Below are positions 57,291-64,000 of a DNA stretch of 64,000 nt, piece after piece. This DNA is from Bacteroidota bacterium (lineage in GTDB: Bacteria > Bacteroidota > Bacteroidia > Palsa-965), in contig JABDAO010000005.1 in assembly GCA_013289095.1 (NCBI GenBank), forward strand, positions 303 through 64,302, in the 5' to 3' direction. How positions within the stretch are numbered: the first letter of the stretch is position 1; each line of letters begins with the position of its first letter. A model generated the notes under the pieces. The model did no database searches, had not been told where the DNA came from, and saw nothing but the letters and a program-made list of their open reading frames with translations. The position numbers and the translations under genes are program-made.

Positions 57291-59234
57291 GTGAAAAGAC
57301 AAATCTGTTTTCTCTTTCTCTTTCTCTTTCTCACCCTCCACCTTCTTCAGGCCCAAAGCCAGCGTCTTATCCTGGTCGAAGAGTTTACCCAGGCTTCCTG
57401 CCCGAATTGTGCCCTTGCCAATCCCCGGTTCGATTCGTTGCTTGCTCGTGATTCGGCAGAAGCCGTTTCGATAAAATATCAGACAAGCTGGCCTGGTGTT
57501 GACCCGATGAATGCCCAGAACCCAACCGATGTGGCAAGCCGTGTTGCCTATTATGGAATTTCGGGCGATCCCGATGCCTTGATGGATGGGATGGATTATT
57601 CTAACCCTTCGAACATCGTACAGGCTACACTCGATCATGAATCTGTTGTCACATCGCCCTTTACGATGCAGCTGGTGCATTGGTTAAATGCTGCAAACGA
57701 TTCGGTATATGTGAGCTGCCAGATAACCTGTACCCAGAATGCCACATTAACAACGCCCAGGCTGCGGATGGCCCTCACCGAAAAAACGATTTCGTTTGCA
57801 ACGCCTCCTGGTTCTGACGGAGAAAAGGTGTTTTACAATGTGATGCGGAAGATGATCCCTGCTGAGAGCGGTACGGCATTACCCGCCGTATGGGTTCCTG
57901 GTCAAAGTAAAACAATAAGCTATGGAATAAAAATTCCGGCCTATATCTATCAGCAATCACAACTTGCTACGGTGGCCTGGATACAGGATGATGCCTCAAA
58001 AACGGTGATACAAGCCGGTTTCTGCCCAACGGCCTCAGCTCCAACAGTACTTCCACCGGTGGCAGGTTTTACAGCTGATGTAACCAGCACCTGCGATGGG
58101 CTTGTCCATTTTCAGGATCAATCAGCCATGTTCCCAAAATATTGGCTCTGGGATTTTGGCGATCATACCACATCTGTTCTTCAAAACCCAACGCATCAGT
58201 ATCTATCGGGTGGCTCATTTGCCGTAAAACTCACGGCAGGCAATGTCAATGGAACCAACCAGTTAATCATGGCCTCATTCGAAACCGTGAATTTTAGCGG
58301 AACGGCTCCACAGACATCCAATGCAGAACGATGCGGGCCAGGGGTTGTAAATTATACTGCTACAGCTGCATCAGGTGGTTTGCTTAACTGGTATGATACA
58401 ACCGGGGTGTTGGTAAATACCGGCACTGTCTTTTCATCACAGATAACCGGGGTTTCAGAAAAATATTACGTCGCTGAACAGCTTCCAAACCCCATCCAGT
58501 CTTGCGGCAGGGTTGATAGTGCCCTGGGGGGGGGAGGCGGGTATTTTGCCGCCAATGCCTTACACGGTTTGTATTTCAATGTGCTCGAGCCCTGTATGCT
58601 CCAGACGGTTGATGTCTACGCTGATTCGGCCGGCAGCCGCACCATCGAAGTGCTGAACGGGGCAGGTCTTGTTGTGCAATCGGTTGTGGTGAGTGTCCCT
58701 CTTGGGAAAAGCACAGTGAGCCTGAATTTTCAGCTGGGCATAGGCAATAATTATTTCCTCCGTCTGGCAACCGGAAGCCTTGTGTATTTATACCGCAACA
58801 GCGGGAATGCAGCATATCCGTATTCTTCAGCTGCGATAAACATCACCGGCAACGATGCCAATGCGGCCTACTATTTCTATTTCTATAACTGGAAAGTACA
58901 AAAGAACCCTTGTCTGAGTATGAGTGCCGTGGTAATCGGTAAAGACACCTGTACGGCAGCCGGGGTACAGGCGTTTGGCTACGGCAATGACCTGTCTGTT
59001 TATCCGAATCCGGGAACAGGTATCTTTGTGATGAGCTTTCAACATCAGGATGCAGGCAACTGCCTACTCAAAATTGTAAATGCGCTTGGCCAGGTTGTCT
59101 ATACCGAAACCATATATTCCTTGCCGGGGAACAGCACCAGGCAGGTTGATCTTTCATCAGCAGGAGAGGGGATGTACTATCTTATCCTGACGGGAAACGG
59201 GAAACAGGCGAGCCGGAAAATAATTAAGGAATAG
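57291..59234 (+). CDS. T9SS-secreted multidomain protein (Cys-containing N-terminal domain, PKD, Ig-like, YYFYFYNW module, type-A sorting domain)
   Basis: 647 aa with a GTG start and the signal peptide KRQICFLFLFLFLTLHLLQAQ. LVEEFTQASCPNC motif, PKD region FGDHTTSVLQNPTHQYLSGGSFAVKL, and CTD VYPNPGTGIFVMSF...GMYYLILTG..SRKIIKE. Confidence 0.8.
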   Translation: MKRQICFLFLFLFLTLHLLQAQSQRLILVEEFTQASCPNCALANPRFDSLLARDSAEAVSIKYQTSWPGVDPMNAQNPTDVASRVAYYGISGDPDALMDGMDYSNPSNIVQATLDHESVVTSPFTMQLVHWLNAANDSVYVSCQITCTQNATLTTPRLRMALTEKTISFATPPGSDGEKVFYNVMRKMIPAESGTALPAVWVPGQSKTISYGIKIPAYIYQQSQLATVAWIQDDASKTVIQAGFCPTASAPTVLPPVAGFTADVTSTCDGLVHFQDQSAMFPKYWLWDFGDHTTSVLQNPTHQYLSGGSFAVKLTAGNVNGTNQLIMASFETVNFSGTAPQTSNAERCGPGVVNYTATAASGGLLNWYDTTGVLVNTGTVFSSQITGVSEKYYVAEQLPNPIQSCGRVDSALGGGGGYFAANALHGLYFNVLEPCMLQTVDVYADSAGSRTIEVLNGAGLVVQSVVVSVPLGKSTVSLNFQLGIGNNYFLRLATGSLVYLYRNSGNAAYPYSSAAINITGNDANAAYYFYFYNWKVQKNPCLSMSAVVIGKDTCTAAGVQAFGYGNDLSVYPNPGTGIFVMSFQHQDAGNCLLKIVNALGQVVYTETIYSLPGNSTRQVDLSSAGEGMYYLILTGNGKQASRKIIKE

Positions 59235-59329
59235 AGGAATTTATAAATCAAAAGATATTTCTGAGCCTCCGTATGCGTATGTCGCTTACAATAAGAGAAT
59301 AAGATGATTTCGAAGTAAGCCTTTAAATT

Positions 59330-59595
59330 CTATGGAAACAAGGAATATGTTTTTGAATGATGGAGGAGGCAGAGAAACTTAATGGTGCGCCCTGTGATAT
59401 AAACCCCAATCCGGTAATCTTCAATTCCTATACGACCGTATCTTTTATAGCTTGTCAGGTATTTAAAACCAGGAAGTTGTTCTGGACTCTCAATCTGTGA
59501 ACAATGCTCTATGTAAAATGAGGTGATGTCGATGATCTCTGTTCGCTTAATGCGTTGCGATCTGCAATGAAGCGTTTTGGGATCTGGGCTTTCAT
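59330..59595 (-). pseudogene. RelE/ParE-family toxin, apparently frameshifted
   Basis: The ATG at 59595 overlaps the upstream ORF stop (ATGA) and encodes MKAQIPKRFIADRNALSEQ before stopping at 59509. The ORF-track frame (59330-59605, GTG start) carries the rest: EIIDITSFYIEH..YKRYGRIGIEDYRIGVYITGRTIKFLCLLHHSKTY, a RelE/ParE-like C-terminal pattern. The two frames join near 59535-59545. Confidence 0.5.
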
Positions 59596-59723
59596 TTTCG
59601 GGCACGTATCCGGGTTAATTCCTTTTTAAATTCAGTTACACTTATGAATGGCTGTTTTTCTGCGACTTTCATTTGTTTGTAAAGAACAGCCTCATCGAGC
59701 GCTTCAAATTCTTTTTCGATCAT
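59592..59723 (-). CDS. candidate antitoxin (43 aa; possibly 55 aa from the GTG at 59759)
   Basis: Own translation: MIEKEFEALDEAVLYKQMKVAEKQPFISVTEFKKELTRIRARK. It is too small for the ORF track. Its stop overlaps the toxin ATG by 4 nt. Confidence 0.4.
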   Translation of the reverse strand: MIEKEFEALDEAVLYKQMKVAEKQPFISVTEFKKELTRIRARK

Positions 59724-59975
59724 CACTTTTACGTCCTTCCTGGTTCTTGCATTTTCCACAAAAAAAATTATATATTTTCATCCTGTCATCGATCAGTATG
59801 ATGTGTTTTATGGCCCTTAATTGTATGTTTTATTTTCCAGGTATCCTTCTCTCTTTACAGATGCATTTATATACAATTAACATACTAAAGATATTTTGAA
59901 CTTGTTAAGCCATTCAAACGTTGCCTCCTGGACGTTTTTTTTTGATCAAACTGATAAACGATAAATTTCATCATC

Positions 59976-61610
59976 CTACCTCATAATAAGTATATCCTTC
60001 GAATCCGTTTTCGTTTCCTCCAACCATTTATTCAATCCTTCTTCATGTTCCTTCAGGAAAAACAAACCAAAAGCAGGCGGACAGGAACTGGAATACCCAT
60101 TCACACAATTCACCCCGAGATCCTGTGCCACAATCATCATGTCGAGCTGTGTCTTGAATACTGGCTCATTGCCCCCAGGCAGATAGGCCAGGGCTTTGTA
60201 ATGACGGTAATCCTGAGAACGGATGCGGGCAGAGAGTTTTTCGATCCGGGTCTGTTGTTCTGACTTCATGGTACGGGTCAAGGCATCTGGCGTAAACTGG
60301 TTATCTGCAAGGATCAACAGCGGCAGCAGGATGAGGAATGCTGTTCTGAACCTGGATTGGGAAAGAAAATGCTGAAATGCCAGGATAGGGAGGAGGATCA
60401 GAAAAAAGAGCTGTACATGCATGAAGCGGGTTAACACCCTCAGGCTGTTCATTCCGGGAAGCTTTATGATAAGGCCATAGAGCGTATGGTTGCCGGGAGT
60501 ACGGGTAAACACCAGGAAGATGAGCAGAGACGTTGCGGCCAGCGCCAAGAACAATGGATCTTTTTTTCTTTTATGAATCAGAGCCGACAGGAACCATACC
60601 ATAGAACCCGCAAAAGCCAGGAGGAGGATGCCACCCGGAAAAATGTCCTGTAACCACCATTCGGGAAAAACAGTTTTGCTGTGTTCAGACAAAAAATGCC
60701 AGGTGATACTTGCCGGATGCGCAAAGAAATACGACTGTAGCGTTGGCAGGTTGGGCACCACTTCGCGATATAATCTAAAGCCTGTGTCTTTTGAAGTGAT
60801 CAGATAAGGCCTGATGAGCAGGAACATCAGCGACGCTGAAATCAGACAAATGCCAAGGGTGAGCAAAATCCGTTTTCGATTCAAGTAGAATTTAAAAACG
60901 GAAAAAGAACGGTTAAAGACCAGGAGGAGCAAGATGAAGAGCAGGGAAAAATACAGGAGGATAAAACCGGTGTACATGACGCAATACAGTTGAAAGAGTA
61001 CTCCCAGGCACCAGAGCGCGAAATAGTTCAGCCGGGGTTCGGTGGCCAGTTTATAGGCTGCAAAAAGCACCGGTGGCACCATGAAACGGCAGTTCATCTG
61101 CATAAAATTGAGTTGGCTCAGGTTGAACAACCCGAAAGCAAAAATATAGGCTCCGCATACGGAAAGGAGGTTCTGGCCTGTCCACTTTCTTAGCACGAGA
61201 TAACAGCACCAATAATTCAGCGCCGAGATTGTCATCCACCAGCATTGATATGCTGTTTCCCGGCTGCAACCCAGGATCCGGAAGAGAGAATAGATGGGCA
61301 TGGTGCCCAGCATATTGTCTGAAAGTGCGATTGCGGGTTTGTAGGGATACATCACCCCCGCATCCCAGAACGAATGCAGATGGCCGCAAATAAATTGATA
61401 CCCGTGTTCGAGCAGATAATTGATAAACCGCGAATCACCCCAGTCGCCGGGCATGTATTCAAATCGTGTGCCTGCGATCCTCAGATTGAAATAGTAGAAC
61501 CCGATCAGGAAAAAGGCAACAGGTAGGCACAGGCTAATAATCCGGTGGTTGTGCCGCTTGTCAAAACCAGGAAGGGGGGCCGTTGTCAATTTCATCCTAT
61601 AACCTGACAT
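59976..61610 (-). CDS. polytopic membrane protein, putative GT-C-type glycosyltransferase
   Basis: 544 aa with at least 11 hydrophobic helices and an approximately 110-aa soluble C-terminus. It overlaps the upstream GT gene by 14 nt. The function is inferred from architecture and context only. Confidence 0.6.
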   Translation of the reverse strand: MSGYRMKLTTAPLPGFDKRHNHRIISLCLPVAFFLIGFYYFNLRIAGTRFEYMPGDWGDSRFINYLLEHGYQFICGHLHSFWDAGVMYPYKPAIALSDNMLGTMPIYSLFRILGCSRETAYQCWWMTISALNYWCCYLVLRKWTGQNLLSVCGAYIFAFGLFNLSQLNFMQMNCRFMVPPVLFAAYKLATEPRLNYFALWCLGVLFQLYCVMYTGFILLYFSLLFILLLLVFNRSFSVFKFYLNRKRILLTLGICLISASLMFLLIRPYLITSKDTGFRLYREVVPNLPTLQSYFFAHPASITWHFLSEHSKTVFPEWWLQDIFPGGILLLAFAGSMVWFLSALIHKRKKDPLFLALAATSLLIFLVFTRTPGNHTLYGLIIKLPGMNSLRVLTRFMHVQLFFLILLPILAFQHFLSQSRFRTAFLILLPLLILADNQFTPDALTRTMKSEQQTRIEKLSARIRSQDYRHYKALAYLPGGNEPVFKTQLDMMIVAQDLGVNCVNGYSSSCPPAFGLFFLKEHEEGLNKWLEETKTDSKDILIMR

Positions 61611-63276
61611 CTGGTAGATTTGTTTTAACCGAATCGGTTTCCGGCTGTTTTTTCAAGATAAACAGGGTGTCGGTTATAAAAGGAAGATAATGCTGATAAC
61701 TGAAGGTCTTTGTTTTCCGGAAACCGGCTACCGCCCCATTTGCAACAAGAAAATCATCCCGGTCTATCCACCACCAGCTAGGGCCTTCCTTGCCTGGTTT
61801 GCCGAATTTTCCGGCCTTATACCAGGCATTGTATTCAAAACCTCCGTCAACATGATGTGCGTCAATGCCTATGGTCTGCAAATACCGGATGGCTTCCCAT
61901 CGGCTATGCTGCCAGCTGAAATAATCTTTCACCGCAACAGCACTCAGCAGGAGGATCAGTGAAAGCAATGGTACGAGTATGCGGATGGCCTGTTTGCCCG
62001 GAAAAACCATCCTGCGTGTGGCAAGTAACAAGGTAGCAAGGATCAGGGGAAGCGTATATCTGTCAAAATAATTATCGCTTACAATGCTGTATACAACATA
62101 CAGGATCAGATACAACTCAAGACCGAGATAGAATTGGTTCCGGGCTGTCTTCGGCATAGCTCTGCCTGACCTATTCAGAAACCAGTGGCTGATCAGGACA
62201 GAAACGGAAAGGCACCCCAGGATTTTGAGGACAAGCAAGAGTACAGGGCTCATCCCGAATTTGATGTTTTCATGCCGTGTCAGGTCGCGTGTGAGTTTGG
62301 GCCCAATTCCATCGGCATTCAAGATGTTTCCGTTCGGAAAGTTACTTCCGAACGGTAGCATGAGCAGAATCAACGTGCAGAAAAGCAAGACAGAAACAAC
62401 CGTGTATTTGCTTTTTATTTGTTTGAAACTTCGAATCAACATCCATGCGCAGGGGATGAGCAGGATGCCCGTGAGCAGGAGCATATCTGTAGCCCTGAAC
62501 AGGCAGGGGCCCAGACGAATATTTTCAATAAACCCGCTCAGCTTCGAAACACCTGATGTATTGGAAGGAATCTGATTGAACTTTAAAAGCAAGTGGTAGC
62601 CGACATGCCCGCATGCACAAACCAGCAGCGGAAGAAAAGCGAGGAATGCCGCACGCATGCTCTTTTTCTGCTGCATAAGCAGTATGGGTATAAATACCAG
62701 CGGTGTCAGAAACCCATATTGCCGGTTGAGTACGGCTACGAGGCAAAAGAAGATGAAAAAAACGTAGTACACCGTACGCTCCCGGTTTTGGAGATAGCGG
62801 TAGGCCATATAAAAGGAGAAGAGCAGGAAGGAAAGAAAAAACACATCGGTCATAAATGTGTACGACAAGGTAAGCAGCAAGGGGTTGAAACAAAATGTAC
62901 AGGTGAGAATAAAAGCCGGGAGCCGGTGTTCCAGCAAGGCGTGAAGCAGTTTGTAGAGGACAAGCGAAGCAGCGATGGCCAGCAGCAGGGTGGCGACTTT
63001 CAGAACGGTGAACGAAAACGAAAAAAGCGATACGATCAGCGCTCCCCAGATGGTTTGAGAAATGAGGGTCATGGCAGGCCACAGATCGGGTTGAAGATGG
63101 TGGTTTACTCCAAGGTTATATACATCCCTGGCATACGCCCAGTCGTCATTGATTGGAAACTCTCCGAACGGGTTCACCAACCCGGTAATCAATATCCAGA
63201 GCAAGAGCAGAGCAAGGGGAAAAAAGAATCTGGATTGAACAGGCATGCGGGTGGTTGAAAGGGTGAGAGTCTGCAC
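61597..63276 (-). CDS. GT-C-fold glycosyltransferase (ArnT/PMT, family 39/83-like)
   Basis: 559 aa with at least 11 TM helices. The first periplasmic loop carries the acidic motif FPINDDWAYARD, as in ArnT/PMT-type enzymes. Confidence 0.75.
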   Translation of the reverse strand: MQTLTLSTTRMPVQSRFFFPLALLLLWILITGLVNPFGEFPINDDWAYARDVYNLGVNHHLQPDLWPAMTLISQTIWGALIVSLFSFSFTVLKVATLLLAIAASLVLYKLLHALLEHRLPAFILTCTFCFNPLLLTLSYTFMTDVFFLSFLLFSFYMAYRYLQNRERTVYYVFFIFFCLVAVLNRQYGFLTPLVFIPILLMQQKKSMRAAFLAFLPLLVCACGHVGYHLLLKFNQIPSNTSGVSKLSGFIENIRLGPCLFRATDMLLLTGILLIPCAWMLIRSFKQIKSKYTVVSVLLFCTLILLMLPFGSNFPNGNILNADGIGPKLTRDLTRHENIKFGMSPVLLLVLKILGCLSVSVLISHWFLNRSGRAMPKTARNQFYLGLELYLILYVVYSIVSDNYFDRYTLPLILATLLLATRRMVFPGKQAIRILVPLLSLILLLSAVAVKDYFSWQHSRWEAIRYLQTIGIDAHHVDGGFEYNAWYKAGKFGKPGKEGPSWWWIDRDDFLVANGAVAGFRKTKTFSYQHYLPFITDTLFILKKQPETDSVKTNLPDVRL

Positions 63277-63373
63277 CTACACATCCACGGCCGGTTTGGC
63301 GTTTGGTGAAGGGAATGCGACAGCCTCTGTTTTTGATTTGTTCATTTTCGGTCTGGGCAAAGATAGGAATAGA

Positions 63374-63754
63374 CTATTCAACCCGCCCATCGGCCGAAAA
63401 CTTATTGATGATCTCCAGCAGCTTCTCAAATTCAACGGGTTTGGTCAACACAACAGCGTGAGAGATGTTGTGTATAAGCTCGATAGTCTGGTCGTATGAA
63501 TTGCCGGTGGTAAAAATGATCGGACTGAGAATCCCGGCTTCTCTGATCCTGCGCCCTGCTTCCAAACCGGTTGTTTTATTCTTTAATAAAATATCGAGGA
63601 TAATGATATCCGGGAGCATGGTCAGGGCTATTTCGAATGCCTCGTTTGCATCGGTAACATTCTCCACCCGAAAACCCTGTTTCTCGAATTGAAGACGCAT
63701 CACTTTTGCAATCAGGAGCTCATCTTCCGCAATCAGTATTTTTAAACTTGCCAT
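63374..63754 (-). CDS. stand-alone response regulator (receiver domain only)
   Basis: I prefer the ATG at 63754 (MASLKILIAEDELL). The acidic pocket is ED, with the phospho-acceptor in PDIIILDILL. A conserved T is in IIFTTG and a conserved K in LTKP. Confidence 0.88.
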   Translation of the reverse strand: MASLKILIAEDELLIAKVMRLQFEKQGFRVENVTDANEAFEIALTMLPDIIILDILLKNKTTGLEAGRRIREAGILSPIIFTTGNSYDQTIELIHNISHAVVLTKPVEFEKLLEIINKFSADGRVE

Positions 63755-63798
63755 TCTGGAAACATAGGTTAGGTTCAAAACCGTTGTCAGACCGGTTT

Positions 63799-64000
63799 TT
63801 AAGCAAGTGAGCCGGCGACACTATCGGGGCTAGTCAGTGGTATCTGTATCTTGTAGGAGGGAGGCATCTTTCTGACCAATTCAATATTTCCTTCCATCTG
63901 CAAGGCAAAGGTATGGATCAGTGTGAGCCCGGTGGTATTGGATTTGCCAAATTCAATGTTGTCGGGGAAACTGCCCTCAAAATCGCTGTATTCGATCGTG
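63799..64000 (-). CDS. sensor histidine kinase, C-terminal end (gene runs off the right edge)
   Basis: Own translation: ..IEYSDFEGSFPDNIEFGKSNTTGLTLIHTFALQMEGNIELVRKMPPSYKIQIPLTSPDSVAGSLA*. It has an HATPase G2-like TGLTLI motif. The stop TAA is at 63801-63799, directly upstream of the response regulator. Confidence 0.65.
   Translation of the reverse strand, partial: TIEYSDFEGSFPDNIEFGKSNTTGLTLIHTFALQMEGNIELVRKMPPSYKIQIPLTSPDSVAGSLA

Noticed and set aside
59917-59945. aacgt..acgtt hairpin followed by T9 as a terminator
   Set aside because: The stem is only 5 bp. On the plus strand no gene ends nearby. On the minus strand the T-run would precede the stem rather than follow it.

Overview
This 64-kb chromosomal window reads as a Bacteroidota genome. 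Evidence: T9SS type-A and type-B C-terminal sorting domains, SprB repeats, and a TTTG/TAnnTTTG-style promoter. Finer taxonomy cannot be determined from the sequence alone.

Most of the window is ordinary housekeeping sequence:
- a PHA storage cluster (phaC, phaB, two phasin-like genes, a partial alpha/beta hydrolase)
- tRNA-Arg(TCT) and tRNA-Pro(TGG), ribH, recF
- an ABCG-like transporter with two secreted partners
- a THUMP RNA methyltransferase, a rhomboid protease, an ABC-F ATPase, a pseudouridine synthase
- a 1436-aa SprB-repeat adhesin
- ndk, a DHH phosphoesterase, four tandem FKBP isomerases, nth, bcp, recA
- a complete trpEGDCFBA operon, preceded by a Trp-Trp leader peptide and attenuator and followed by a DAHP synthase
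- a T9SS cargo cluster that includes a C1 peptidase fused to a chagasin-like domain and split by a frameshift at an A7 tract
- a RelE/ParE-like toxin-antitoxin pair
- two overlapping GT-C-like membrane proteins, a response regulator and a partial histidine kinase

Gene annotation does not explain three coding deserts at about 12.45-14.4 kb, 33.03-33.85 kb and 50.0-52.1 kb. Each carries a strictly 21-bp-phased tandem array. Arrays 1 and 3 are homologous but inverted, and array 4 has about 27 units of a different sequence. Each array lies 180-340 bp from a copy of a conserved palindromic element (TTATCCCGC ... GCGGGATAA, 76-180 nt).

A fourth copy of the element truncates a gene at 20.9-21.06 kb. 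One copy marks the truncation point of a decayed IS110-family transposase, which is itself split by a 97-bp hairpin element with perfect terminal inverted repeats. I could not assign the element or the arrays to a known family from the sequence alone. They are the best candidate here for something undescribed, but function is unproven.
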